From Armatimonadota bacterium (GTDB taxonomy: Bacteria; Armatimonadota; Fimbriimonadia; Fimbriimonadales; Fimbriimonadaceae): a stretch of 64,000 bases of DNA. The stretch's first letter is position 1, and each line of letters starts with the position of its first letter. The DNA lies in contig JBEHXE010000006.1 in NCBI GenBank assembly GCA_048498855.1, forward strand, positions 10,074 to 74,073. Reading direction: 5' to 3'. The position numbers were made by a program, and so were the translations under genes. Of this stretch, positions 29,193 to 39,023 are shown piece by piece. A model generated the notes under the pieces. The model worked only from the letters and a program-made list of their open reading frames with translations. It was not told the origin of the DNA and did not search any database.

Positions 29193-29426
29193 TTCTATTG
29201 TACGTTTTTACAAAGACAAATGATCCGCTCGACATTTTGCCTCGTCGCAAACCTCATGCGGGTAATCAAAAGGTTTTTGGTTGATAGCCATGCCGATCTG
29301 TTGTGATCTGAAATCTAAATTCATTGGTTTTGGAATAGGCAATTTGCCCCGGATCATCAAGGTTAGGATTTCAGTATTTTTACTGGGTCTTAAGCCTTCA
29401 GCCCTTCCTACGATGGGGTAACTCAT

Positions 29427-29432
29427 TATAAT
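29427..29432 (+). promoter_or_regulatory. -10 box, leaderless configuration
   Basis: TATAAT lies 7 nt before the ATG at 29440. Confidence 0.4.
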
Positions 29433-29439
29433 AGTGGTG

Positions 29440-30096
29440 ATGAAGCTGGTTTTTCTAGGTGCATTTGCTTTGATGGGCGCCATGAGTCAGGCACAAGTTG
29501 CCGACGTTGCTTCCGATTTTGGGACGGGGGCAACGAACCCAAACGGTAATTGGAGCTATGGCTACTTTGCCACCTCGCTGTCCGATCCACTGACCCTTTA
29601 CACGATTCAATCGGTTACGTCAAACGACATTGTTTGGTCGGCGCCACAATCGGCAGGTCAACTTGGAACCCCGGCCGCTTGGCTGCACACCGGGCCTCCG
29701 GCAAACGGAATCAACACGGGCGAATTTGGTCTTCACCCAGGGCCGACTGAGATTTCTGTGGCTCGCTTTACCGTGCCCACCGGTTGGGGCGGTGTTGCCG
29801 ACGTAACGGGATCGTTTGGTCAAGGTGACATTGGTGCCGTTCGAGGACACGTTCTCTTGAATGGCGTCAGCTTGTTCGACCAATCGATGAGCACGACGAC
29901 TCCGTTCTCAATGCTGGGAATAACCCTCAATGCAGGAGACACGCTCGATTTCGCTGTGGACAATTTCGACGGTTACACGTTTGATTCAACTCCGCTCGAT
30001 GCTCACATTCAGTTCAATCCGGTACCAGAACCGGCATCCATTGCCTTTTTGGGCATGGGCGCGGTCGCACTGCTGAGACGCCGTCGCCGAGCCTAG
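29440..30096 (+). CDS. PEP-CTERM sorting-domain protein
   Basis: Signal peptide MKLVFLGAFALMGAMSQA. C-terminal VPEPASIAFLGMGAVALLRRRRRA. The track ORF starts at a GTG at 29434. Confidence 0.75.
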   Translation: MKLVFLGAFALMGAMSQAQVADVASDFGTGATNPNGNWSYGYFATSLSDPLTLYTIQSVTSNDIVWSAPQSAGQLGTPAAWLHTGPPANGINTGEFGLHPGPTEISVARFTVPTGWGGVADVTGSFGQGDIGAVRGHVLLNGVSLFDQSMSTTTPFSMLGITLNAGDTLDFAVDNFDGYTFDSTPLDAHIQFNPVPEPASIAFLGMGAVALLRRRRRA

Positions 30097-30120
30097 GTTG
30101 CTCAGGTTGGTTTAAGATGA

Positions 30121-30154
30121 GGCCCGTTGGCTGCGAAGTTCGCGACCAGCGGGC
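30121..30154. terminator. hairpin between convergent genes
   Basis: GGCCCGTTGG-14 nt-CCAGCGGGCC is a 10-bp stem with one G-T pair. The U-tract is weak. Confidence 0.5.
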
Positions 30155-30169
30155 CTCAGTTCTTGACGA

Positions 30170-31030
30170 TTAACTTCCGAAAGAGCCGTCGCCAATCATC
30201 GCCAGCGTTTCGCGAATGTCCTCGGCGGTATTCATGACGAATGATCGGTACTGGAGAATGGGCTCACCGAGTGGCTTTGCTGAACAGAACAAGAAGCGAG
30301 CTCCGTTCACACCCGCCGTTACCTCCACCTGGTCGCCCGACGAGAACACGATGATCTTGGGTTCTGTTGCAATGTGTCCTCCTGACGTGGCCGAGCCGCG
30401 CACGACATAGAGGAAGGCTTCTTCTTCGTTGCCCGTTGGAATCGCGACCGATGCTCCAGCTTCCAAAGTTATATCGAGCACCGTTGGATGGACCGCGATG
30501 TTTTGGAAGATTCCTTCGGTACCTTGAAAAGAACCCGCGACCACACGCACGGTTCCACCATTGATGGCGACTTCGGGAACCCTCTCGCTTGGCCCATTCA
30601 CATATCCTGCAGGAACGCGCTTCTGGTCTCGTGGAAGACTAAACCAAAGCTGAAGCATCTCGGCTCCATCGTCACCGGCCTTCATCATTTCTTCGTGCCA
30701 GATTCCGTTGCCGGCGGTCATCCACTGCGTACCACCTGGGCCGACGATGCCTTCGTTGCCGAGTGAATCCTTATGCCCGACTTCGCCTTTCAACACGTAG
30801 CTGAGGGTCTCGATGCCTCGATGAGGATGACGATGAAAACCTACTACGTCGGACGCCGCTTCGATCGACGCATGATCAAGCAGGATGAATGGGTCGAGAA
30901 TGGCCATTCGGTCGCCACCGATGACGCGGTTGATGGTCACGCCTTGGGCTTCGTTGACGGAGGTTGGAGTGTAAGAAAATGCGGCTAATCGAGAACTCAT
31001 GTGGATAGTGTACGTCCCGAGAGCAGTCAA
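30170..31030 (-). CDS. pirin-family protein
   Basis: Motifs GFHRHPHRGIETLSYVL and QWMTAGNGIWHEE, with a bicupin length (286 aa). Confidence 0.9.
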   Translation of the reverse strand: MTALGTYTIHMSSRLAAFSYTPTSVNEAQGVTINRVIGGDRMAILDPFILLDHASIEAASDVVGFHRHPHRGIETLSYVLKGEVGHKDSLGNEGIVGPGGTQWMTAGNGIWHEEMMKAGDDGAEMLQLWFSLPRDQKRVPAGYVNGPSERVPEVAINGGTVRVVAGSFQGTEGIFQNIAVHPTVLDITLEAGASVAIPTGNEEEAFLYVVRGSATSGGHIATEPKIIVFSSGDQVEVTAGVNGARFLFCSAKPLGEPILQYRSFVMNTAEDIRETLAMIGDGSFGS

Positions 31031-31057
31031 GAATGTATGGACGGATACGGTTGTGAG

Positions 31058-33151
31058 CTACTTTATACTTGCGATGCGTTTGTCGACATCCTCGAGAAAC
31101 TGCTGAAGGTCACGAATAAGGTCGGGTTCGTCGAACTTCTTGATCTTCTCGATTATGGCAAGGACTTTTTGCCTCAATTCAAAGAGGCTTAGGAAGGGAA
31201 CGTATTCCTTAATTCTCCTTTGCAAATCAGCTCTAAGGTCTTTGAATCGGAAAGTGGGGCCTACATTCATGTCGTTCGGTCCACAAACGTCGAAGGCGAA
31301 CCAGTGACTGGGCGAAAGGTGGCAGCGGAGCGTGTATCGGACCCGATGGCTGAACTTGAATAGGCTTGCTTCATCGGCATACTTTCTCCCAGTGCCACAG
31401 ATTCCAAAAGAGTACTGATATTCCTCAAGCCGCCCAGGAATTGGATATCCCGACAGCCATTGGTGCGGCTCCTCACTGTCTGTGAAGTAAGCCACATCAT
31501 CTGATTTGTTCTCGAGGCTTATCCCTGTTCCATCGAGGATCCCATTGGGTAGCTCGAACGTCGCATCCATTTTGCCAAGAACTGATTTCGCTTCACCAGC
31601 AACCCAAATCTCGGATGGCTTACCGAAAACCACGCCCGCGGCGAGCCTCAATTGGGTTGGGGTCAGTTGAGAATAAGGAATGATTTGACCCTTCATTAGT
31701 CGCTCAAATTGATCATCAGAAAGAGATGCAAAGAGTTTTGCGAAGAGGTTGTTGCTGTTTGCGTCTGCTTCCGAACCGTAGACCGTCTGGATGACTTGAT
31801 TGGCCAAACTGGCACCACCAGTGATTGCCAATCCAGAATAGAGTCTGGGGTCGAACTCCCGGTCAAATAACACGTTGTTGTTAAACCATGAGAGCGTTTT
31901 TCGGTCCGCTGAGTTTCTCTGTTCGATATCGACAATCGGCGTCTTAATTACGGTCCAAGTTTTATCGGATGTAACTCGGCTGTTCTCAAATTTAAACTCG
32001 AATTCGAATCCTTGTGGCGATTCAACTTTGTCGGAATCAGCGAGGCAAGCGACCACCGAAGTTCGCGTTTGGTGTGCCAATTGAGCCAAGAGTTCTTGAT
32101 TTCCTGGTCTTAGAAAATCGTTCACCTGGGTTTGGGTGTAAAAAATTCGGGCTTGGTTGGAAAGTGGGTTCTGGGCCCAAAAGGCTTGGGTCTCCTTCGT
32201 GGGCTCGGGCACGTTCAGGCCCTTAAAAACACTGTGTTGATCGTTGCCCTCACTTTCTTGTTCATCTAGTCGAGCACCTGATTGAAGGGAAATGGCTTTT
32301 TTCCCCTCGGCGGTAAAGACGTCGAATTGAAACTCAATCCAGTCTTCGTAAGTCCTGCAAACTGAGAGTAATGCCACTCTTGGTTCATGTCGGAAAGGCT
32401 GTTTGGACGCAAAAGAATCATTGATTTGTTCGTCCACTTGTGGCTCATCCAGAAAGGGAAGTTCGATCACCTTGCCGTTATCGTCTTTCCATTCAATTTT
32501 CCCAAGCGTTTCAGCCCAGAGGTTTTGTTCCTCGATCATTTTGGGTAACAATCTGGATTGAAGAGGGCTCTGTGAGTTTGTCGGCTGAGAAGAATAGACA
32601 ATCCGTTCATAGGGCAGCAGCTGAGCCACGGCCCGGAGATCTACTGAACGGATGGCTCTGTGAAAAGCACGAACGATTGGGTCGCTTTGTTTGTCTTTTT
32701 CTTCTTCTTTAGGAACCTGCCCCAGATTTCGCTTGAGGCGGTATCCGATCGTCGTGATCGATTCTTTGGAGAATTGCTGGTCGAGATGATCAGTCTCTGC
32801 AGTTCGCCATTTAGCAAGATTCTTAACTCGTTGGTCGACAAGAACGGATTGGAACTTGGTGAGGAACTCTTTTGACCTCGTGAGGGTCAATGAACCATCT
32901 GAGTTTGTTCTCCAATCGGCATTGGTTGCTTGGGCAATTCGAGTGAGGATGTCCCGAATCGATTGGTTTGTGATATCGATGAAGATCACTTCATCGCCAA
33001 CGGATCCGACGGTACTTAGGCGAGCGCCGGTTTGTTTGGCAAGGCTATCGATCGCTCGGCTGGCGGAACTGACTGGGACTTGAATGGTCACCCGACGTGA
33101 TAGGTCGTCGGTTTGCGTGAGTCCCCAAAATGCCACCAATGCTGCGGTCAT
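31058..33151 (-). CDS. large secreted hypothetical protein, paralogue of 52269-54410
   Basis: Hydrophobic N-terminus, then an STN-like module (AIDSLAKQTGARL...IRDILTRIAQATNADW). Blocks shared with the 713-aa ORF include VVACLADS/VIACLPDS, LSDDQFERL..GQIIPYSQLTPTQ, and RYTLRC/RLTLKC. Confidence 0.7.
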   Translation of the reverse strand: MTAALVAFWGLTQTDDLSRRVTIQVPVSSASRAIDSLAKQTGARLSTVGSVGDEVIFIDITNQSIRDILTRIAQATNADWRTNSDGSLTLTRSKEFLTKFQSVLVDQRVKNLAKWRTAETDHLDQQFSKESITTIGYRLKRNLGQVPKEEEKDKQSDPIVRAFHRAIRSVDLRAVAQLLPYERIVYSSQPTNSQSPLQSRLLPKMIEEQNLWAETLGKIEWKDDNGKVIELPFLDEPQVDEQINDSFASKQPFRHEPRVALLSVCRTYEDWIEFQFDVFTAEGKKAISLQSGARLDEQESEGNDQHSVFKGLNVPEPTKETQAFWAQNPLSNQARIFYTQTQVNDFLRPGNQELLAQLAHQTRTSVVACLADSDKVESPQGFEFEFKFENSRVTSDKTWTVIKTPIVDIEQRNSADRKTLSWFNNNVLFDREFDPRLYSGLAITGGASLANQVIQTVYGSEADANSNNLFAKLFASLSDDQFERLMKGQIIPYSQLTPTQLRLAAGVVFGKPSEIWVAGEAKSVLGKMDATFELPNGILDGTGISLENKSDDVAYFTDSEEPHQWLSGYPIPGRLEEYQYSFGICGTGRKYADEASLFKFSHRVRYTLRCHLSPSHWFAFDVCGPNDMNVGPTFRFKDLRADLQRRIKEYVPFLSLFELRQKVLAIIEKIKKFDEPDLIRDLQQFLEDVDKRIASIK

Positions 33152-33180
33152 GAGATAGTGGCATTATAACGTGTTTATTT

Positions 33181-33282
33181 CTGGCCATGACCCCCATTCC
33201 TAACCCTTCCCCCTAAATGCTCGGCCAGGATTTTCCTCACTGGAATTCGGAAATCGGTGCGCCTCGCAGTTAATGGGAAGGG
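33181..33282. repeat. pyrimidine-tract/purine-tract palindromic element
   Basis: CTGGCC (33181) pairs with GGCCAG (33223). CCCTTCCC (33204) pairs with GGGAAGGG (33275). It lies between aroG and the 697-aa gene. Confidence 0.35.
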
Positions 33283-33292
33283 AAAAGATGTC

Positions 33293-34330
33293 TTACTTAA
33301 CCGCGCGGGCCAACTGCTCCAGCAACTCGACCGTGTCATCAAATCCGATACACGCATCCGTCACGCTTTGACCGTAGACCATCTCTGGTGAGATGTCTTG
33401 TCGCCCCTCTACGAGGTGGCTTTCGATCATGACGCCCATAATTCCGTGGTCGGCCGTCGCTAACTGTGAACATATTGAATCGAGTACGACCCGTTGATTG
33501 CGATGATCCTTATTGCTATTGCCGTGGCTACAATCGATCATGACTTTGCCCGGAAGCCCATTTTTTTCGAGCATCTTCATCGCACCCTGAACATCTTCGG
33601 CTGAATAATTCGGGCCAGTTTGGGTGCCGCCACGGAGGATGACGTGGCAGTCTTCGTTGCCGCGGGTTTTGAAAAGGGAAGACACGCCTTGCTTGGTGAT
33701 GGAAGGGAACCAGTGCGACTGACTGGCTGCCAAAACGGCTTCGACGGCGCGCTGAACATTGCCTTCGGTCGTGTTTTTAAATCCGACAGGCATCGACAGT
33801 CCGCTCGCGAGTTCACGGTGAACCTGGCTTTCAGTCGTGCGGGCGCCGATGGCGACCCACGACGTGATGTCAGCGATGTGCTGAGGAATCTGCAAATCCA
33901 AGAATTCCGATGCCGTAGGCAAGCCAAGATCGTTAATGTCGAGGAGCAAACGACGGGCGGCTCGCAAGCCTTTGTTGATATGGTAGGTCTCATCAAGGTC
34001 GGGATCGTTGATGAATCCTTTCCAGCCAACCGTTGTGCGGGGCTTTTCGAAATAGGCGCGAACGGCGACGATCAATTTGTCGTTGAGCTGTTCGGCGATG
34101 GGTGCGAGTCGAGAGGCATACTCGAACGCACTGGCCGGGTCATGGATGCTGCACGGGCCGACGACCACCACGATTCGGGGGTCCTTGCCATGAAGAACAT
34201 TGGCTATTTCGGCGCGAGCTTTATCCACAACCTCAGAGACGCGATCTGAAACCGGGTGCTCCTCATGGAGGATCGCCGGGGGGATCATTGGCCGTGATTC
34301 GGTTATTCGTAAGTCGTCCGTCAGTCGCAT
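33293..34330 (-). CDS. aroG: 3-deoxy-7-phosphoheptulonate synthase, class I
   Basis: Motifs DPRIVVVVGPCSIHD, KPRTTVGWKG, and IDCSHGNS. The ATG at 34330 (MRLTDDLRI) is preferred over the track start at 34459. Confidence 0.9.
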   Translation of the reverse strand: MRLTDDLRITESRPMIPPAILHEEHPVSDRVSEVVDKARAEIANVLHGKDPRIVVVVGPCSIHDPASAFEYASRLAPIAEQLNDKLIVAVRAYFEKPRTTVGWKGFINDPDLDETYHINKGLRAARRLLLDINDLGLPTASEFLDLQIPQHIADITSWVAIGARTTESQVHRELASGLSMPVGFKNTTEGNVQRAVEAVLAASQSHWFPSITKQGVSSLFKTRGNEDCHVILRGGTQTGPNYSAEDVQGAMKMLEKNGLPGKVMIDCSHGNSNKDHRNQRVVLDSICSQLATADHGIMGVMIESHLVEGRQDISPEMVYGQSVTDACIGFDDTVELLEQLARAVK

Positions 34331-34515
34331 ATGGAATCTCAAGCGGACGCCTTTGTTCGCTCCCCCAAGTATATCTAGTTCGCGGGAACCTATCGCTCGG
34401 TAAGGCTGCCAGGGTGTGACGAATAACCTGTGGAAAACGATGCACAAAAAATGTGACAAATGATTTGCAAAAAATCCTCTACTTGTCTATGGCTTGTGGT
34501 GGCATAATGATTGAG

Positions 34516-34531
34516 CCCCTATATCTAGTGG
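34516..34531. promoter_or_regulatory. NrdR-box candidate
   Basis: CCCCTATATCTAGTGG (reverse complement CCACTAGATATAGGGG) fits the acaCwAtATaTwGtgt consensus at about 12-13 of 16 positions. It sits between a CATAAT box (34503-08) and the nrdR ATG. Confidence 0.5.
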
Positions 34532-34547
34532 TTGAGAGACTTGAGCC

Positions 34548-35045
34548 ATGCGCTGTCCTTTTTGCGGAAATGATGATCTAAAAGTACTGGATTCACGTCC
34601 AGGAGCCGATGGTGAGTCGATTCGACGTAGAAGAGAATGTGCCAAATGCACCAAGCGATTTACCACCTGGGAGCGATTCGAACGAGTCCGCCTTTTCGTT
34701 ATCAAACGCGACGGAAGCCGGTGTGAGTTCAATCGAGACAAAGTCTTTGATTCCATGCGGTTAGCCTGTCGAAAACGACCGGTTTCTGTTGAGCAAATTC
34801 GCCAGGCCGCCAGCCGGATCGAAGAAGAATTGTTTCAAAAATTTGACGACGAAGTGAGCTCGAAAGAGGTCGGCAGCCACGTCATGCGTGAGCTTTCGAC
34901 CATCGACACCGTCGCCTATGTCCGTTTTGCTTCGGTCTATCGCGAGTTCGAGACCGTTGCCGACTTTGCCGAAATGGTCGAGCGCGTCCAGAGGGAGGAA
35001 GCGTTGTCGCCATTTAAGCATTTACAAAAAGAACTTATATCTTAG
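34548..35045 (+). CDS. nrdR: transcriptional repressor NrdR
   Basis: MRCPFCGNDDLKVLDSR zinc ribbon plus an ATP-cone. Confidence 0.95.
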   Translation: MRCPFCGNDDLKVLDSRPGADGESIRRRRECAKCTKRFTTWERFERVRLFVIKRDGSRCEFNRDKVFDSMRLACRKRPVSVEQIRQAASRIEEELFQKFDDEVSSKEVGSHVMRELSTIDTVAYVRFASVYREFETVADFAEMVERVQREEALSPFKHLQKELIS

Positions 35046-35066
35046 GAGACCTCAGGAAGAGACATC

Positions 35067-38000
35067 ATGAAAATTCGACGCTACTTTACGCAATCAGGGA
35101 AGAACCCTTACGCTGGAATCGACTTCGAGCCGCGCAAGAGTGAAATCCGCAATCCGGACGGTTCGACCGTTTTCCTTATGGAGAACGTGATGGTTCCATC
35201 ACAATGGAGCCAAGTCGCCACCGACATTCTTGCGCAAAAATACTTCCGAAAGGCCGGAATCACACCAGGGAAGGTGAACGGCGTCGAATACAGCCCGATG
35301 AACGAGGAGTTCATCACCCCCGGCGAATCTCGCGAAACCGACTCGCGACAAGTCTTCCACCGACTCGCCGGATGTTGGCGACACTGGGGCGAAGAGTACG
35401 GCTACTTCGACACGAAAGAAGATGCCCAATCGTTTTACGACGAGCTTGTCTACATGCTTGCTAAGCAGGTCTCCGCGCCAAACTCGCCGCAGTGGTTCAA
35501 TACCGGTCTCCACTTCGCCTACAGCATCACGGGTTCGGCTCAAGGTCATTATTACGTCGATCCTAAGACGACTCAACTTTCCCTCTCAAAGAACGCTTAT
35601 GAGCGCCCCCAACCCCACGCCTGCTTCATCCTCAGCGTCAAGGATGATCTGGTCAACGAGGGCGGCATCATGGACCTGTGGACTCGCGAAGCGCGAATCT
35701 TCAAGTACGGTTCGGGTGTCGGCACCAACTTCTCACAGATTCGGGGCGAAAACGAAAAGCTGAGCGGCGGCGGAAAGTCGAGCGGTCTCATGAGCTTCCT
35801 TCGGGTTGGCGATCGATCTGCCGGAGCGATCAAATCGGGCGGTACGACTCGCCGTGCGGCCAAGATGGTGTGCCTTGATATCGACCATCCAGATATTGAA
35901 GAGTTCATCAACTGGAAAGTCAAGGAAGAGCAAAAGGTCGCTTCGCTCGTGACCGGTTCGAAGCTCAACCAACGTCACATCAACGCCATCATGAAGGCGG
36001 CCTTCATGGATGGAAAGGTCAATGCCAACCCGCGAAACAACCGCGCTCTTTGGAACGCCATCGCCGAAGCAAAACTCGACGAAATCCCAACCAACTACAT
36101 TCAACGTGCAATCCAATTTGCCGAGCAGGGATACACCAGCATCGAATTCCCAACCTTCGATACTGGTTACGAATCCGAGGCTTATCTGACGGTTTCTGGT
36201 CAAAACTCAAACAATTCCATTCGTGTGAGTAACGAATTTTTCCAGGCGGTTGAGAACAACGAAGAGTGGGGTCTGAAGGCCCGAACGAGTGGAAAGGTTC
36301 TCAAGACGCTCTCGGCTCGCGGACTGTGGGATGACCTCTGCCAAGCCGCATGGAACTGCGCCGACCCCGGTCTGCAATACGATTCGACGATTAACGAATG
36401 GCACACCTGTCCGGCGCACGGCCGCATCAATGCCAGCAATCCGTGTTCGGAATACATGTTCCTCGATGACACGGCCTGTAACCTTGCCTCGATCAACCTC
36501 GCGTCGCTTTATAACCAAGAAACCGGCGAATTCGATCTCGAAGGCTATGTCCACGCGATCAATGTTTGGACAACCGTTCTCGAAATCTCGGTGCTCATGG
36601 CTCAATTCCCAAGCAAGGAGATTGCCCAACTCAGCTATGATTTCCGCACGCTCGGGCTTGGCTATGCAAATCTCGGCGCACTGCTGATGCAGATGGGCAT
36701 TCCGTACGACAGCAAGGACGGCTTTGCCATCGCTGGCGCGCTCACCTCGATTCTTGGCGGCGAAAGCTACGCGACCAGCGCTGAAATGGCCAAGCAGCAC
36801 GGGCCTTTCCCCAAGTTCCACCCGAACCGGGATCATATGCTCCGCGTTATTCGCAACCATCGCCGGGCGGCTTACAATGCGCCCGATTCGGATTACGAAG
36901 AACTGGCCATCAAGCCAGTCGGCATCGACCAGGAGGTTTGCCCGTCGAACCTGTTGAAGGCTGCTCATAAGGCGTGGGATCGTGCGCTGGAGATCGGCGA
37001 ACGAAACGGTTTCCGCAATGCCCAGGTGACGGTTCTTGCGCCCACCGGCACCATCGGGCTCATCATGGACTGCGATACGACCGGTATCGAGCCTGACTTT
37101 GCTCTCGTCAAGTTCAAGAAGCTCTCGGGTGGTGGCTACTTTAAGATCATCAACCAGAGCATTCCACCTGCCCTCAAGAAGCTCGGCTACTCGCAAGAGC
37201 AGATCGAAGACATCGTCGGCTATGCGACGGGCTACAAGACGCTTAAGACGGCTCCGCACATCAACCACGAATCGCTCAAGGCATTCGGGTTTACCGATGC
37301 AGTTCTGACGCAAATCGAAGCTGGTCTTGAGTCGGCGTTTGAACTCAAGTTCGTTTTCAATAAGTTTAATATTGGTGAGGAATTCTGCAAGAAAACGCTC
37401 GGCTTTAGCGATGATCAGTTGAATGATTGGTCGTTCAACATGCTCGAATCGCTCGGCTTTACCAAGGATCAAATCGAAGAGGCCAACGAATATGTTTGTG
37501 GCTCGATGACGGTCGAAGGCGCTCCGCACCTGAAGGATGAGCACCTACCAATCTTTGACTGTGCGAACAAGTGCGGCAAGAAAGGGAAGCGGTTCATTTC
37601 CGCCGAGGGCCACATCCGCATGATGGCGGCAGCTCAGCCGTTCCTTTCGGGGGCTATCTCCAAGACGATCAACCTCCCGGCCGAAGCCTCGGTTCAGGAA
37701 GTCCACGATGCGTATTGGCTTTCGTGGCAACTCGGCCTTAAGGCCAACGCCCTCTATCGCGACGGTTCGAAACTGAGCCAACCACTCAACTCGTCCACTA
37801 GCGACTCGGCTGCGGCGATTCTTGAGGCGACTCTTGACCTCGAAATGGGAATCGAAGATGCCCCCGCGGCAGCGGCCTATACCTCTCTGGCGAGAGAGGT
37901 CGGTGAGCCTGCGAACCGGGAGAGTCGAACAGAAGCCGAACTCTCGCAACACGACCAGATCGAGCGAATCGCCACCAAGCTCGTCTACCGTTACATCAGC

Positions 38001-39011
38001 AAGCGACGACTGATGCCGGGCCGCCGCCGAGGCTACACCCAAAAGGCGCGAGTGGGTGGCCACAAGGTCTACCTGCGAACAGGCGAATTTGAGGACGGAA
38101 CCCTCGGCGAGATCTTCGTGGATATGCACCGCGAAGGCGCCGCGTTCCGCTCGTTGATGAACTGCTTTGCGATTGCCGTGTCGCTCGGTCTGCAATACGG
38201 TGTCCCGCTCGAAGAGTTCGTCGAAGCGTTCGTCTTCACGCGATTCGAGCCAAACGGAATGGTCAGCGGTCACGACAACATCAAGATGTCGACCTCGGTC
38301 ATCGACTACATTTTCCGCGAACTCGCGATGAGCTATCTCGGACGCAATGACCTGGTTCAGGTCAAGCCCGAAGACCTCCGCAACGACACCGTCGGTAAGC
38401 CGGTCGATTACCCTGACTTCGACGAAGAAGAAGAGGTTGCCGAGTTGGATGACGAAGAAAACGTGCCAGGCTTTGCCTCAAATGATCACACGTCACGCGG
38501 ATTTGGCGCGAGTCGAGAACAGAGCCCGCTCCCTTTTGATGGCGCGCCGGAAGCCCTCGGTTCTCCGGCGGAATCCCTTGCTCGCAATCAGAAGGGCATT
38601 CCCGCGCAGTACGAAGAACGCGTGGTGAGCGGTCATGGCGCGAATGGCGTCGGCCTGTTCGAAGTCTCAGACAACACCCCTACCATCGTGAAGCGGGCGT
38701 ACTTGGCCGGTGAGGCCACGGATGTCTCCCTCGCTGGTCGAGGGAGCGGTGAGCAAAGCGAACCGGAGGGAGTGGCGAAGTCAGATTCGCAAGTGAGTGC
38801 CAAACAAAGCCCCTCCCCCGAAGGTCGGAGGGGTGAAACCCGCCCGGTCACGCCGAAGTCCGCTCTGTCCGAAGTGTCGGAGAAGATCCGCATGGCGCGA
38901 TTGCAAGGCTACGAAGGCGACCCGTGTACGAATTGCGGTGCGTTTACGCTGGTAAGAAACGGCGTGTGTCTTAAGTGCCAGAGTTGCGGAGAGACTAGTG
39001 GATGTAGTTAA
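35067..39011 (+). CDS. nrdJ: adenosylcobalamin-dependent (class II) ribonucleotide reductase
   Basis: Motifs [35 protein letters not shown], and ISKTINLP. A long acidic/Ser-Pro linker is followed by a terminal CTNCG...CLKCQSCG zinc-finger tail. No intein signature seen. Confidence 0.95.
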   Translation: MKIRRYFTQSGKNPYAGIDFEPRKSEIRNPDGSTVFLMENVMVPSQWSQVATDILAQKYFRKAGITPGKVNGVEYSPMNEEFITPGESRETDSRQVFHRLAGCWRHWGEEYGYFDTKEDAQSFYDELVYMLAKQVSAPNSPQWFNTGLHFAYSITGSAQGHYYVDPKTTQLSLSKNAYERPQPHACFILSVKDDLVNEGGIMDLWTREARIFKYGSGVGTNFSQIRGENEKLSGGGKSSGLMSFLRVGDRSAGAIKSGGTTRRAAKMVCLDIDHPDIEEFINWKVKEEQKVASLVTGSKLNQRHINAIMKAAFMDGKVNANPRNNRALWNAIAEAKLDEIPTNYIQRAIQFAEQGYTSIEFPTFDTGYESEAYLTVSGQNSNNSIRVSNEFFQAVENNEEWGLKARTSGKVLKTLSARGLWDDLCQAAWNCADPGLQYDSTINEWHTCPAHGRINASNPCSEYMFLDDTACNLASINLASLYNQETGEFDLEGYVHAINVWTTVLEISVLMAQFPSKEIAQLSYDFRTLGLGYANLGALLMQMGIPYDSKDGFAIAGALTSILGGESYATSAEMAKQHGPFPKFHPNRDHMLRVIRNHRRAAYNAPDSDYEELAIKPVGIDQEVCPSNLLKAAHKAWDRALEIGERNGFRNAQVTVLAPTGTIGLIMDCDTTGIEPDFALVKFKKLSGGGYFKIINQSIPPALKKLGYSQEQIEDIVGYATGYKTLKTAPHINHESLKAFGFTDAVLTQIEAGLESAFELKFVFNKFNIGEEFCKKTLGFSDDQLNDWSFNMLESLGFTKDQIEEANEYVCGSMTVEGAPHLKDEHLPIFDCANKCGKKGKRFISAEGHIRMMAAAQPFLSGAISKTINLPAEASVQEVHDAYWLSWQLGLKANALYRDGSKLSQPLNSSTSDSAAAILEATLDLEMGIEDAPAAAAYTSLAREVGEPANRESRTEAELSQHDQIERIATKLVYRYISKRRLMPGRRRGYTQKARVGGHKVYLRTGEFEDGTLGEIFVDMHREGAAFRSLMNCFAIAVSLGLQYGVPLEEFVEAFVFTRFEPNGMVSGHDNIKMSTSVIDYIFRELAMSYLGRNDLVQVKPEDLRNDTVGKPVDYPDFDEEEEVAELDDEENVPGFASNDHTSRGFGASREQSPLPFDGAPEALGSPAESLARNQKGIPAQYEERVVSGHGANGVGLFEVSDNTPTIVKRAYLAGEATDVSLAGRGSGEQSEPEGVAKSDSQVSAKQSPSPEGRRGETRPVTPKSALSEVSEKIRMARLQGYEGDPCTNCGAFTLVRNGVCLKCQSCGETSGCS

Positions 39012-39021
39012 ATGTAGTTAA
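39002..39021. repeat. perfect 10-bp tandem duplication across the nrdJ stop
   Basis: ATGTAGTTAA occurs twice in tandem. The first copy contains the nrdJ TAA (39009-11). Confidence 0.8.
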
Positions 39022-39023
39022 TC

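Noticed and set aside
36207-38273. Very long antisense ORFs inside nrdJ (445 aa at 36207-37544 and 242 aa at 37545-38273).
   Set aside because: They lie entirely opposite a gene with unmistakable RNR motifs. They have Arg/Leu/Val-rich shadow-frame composition and no start context or motifs. This is a typical codon-bias artefact.
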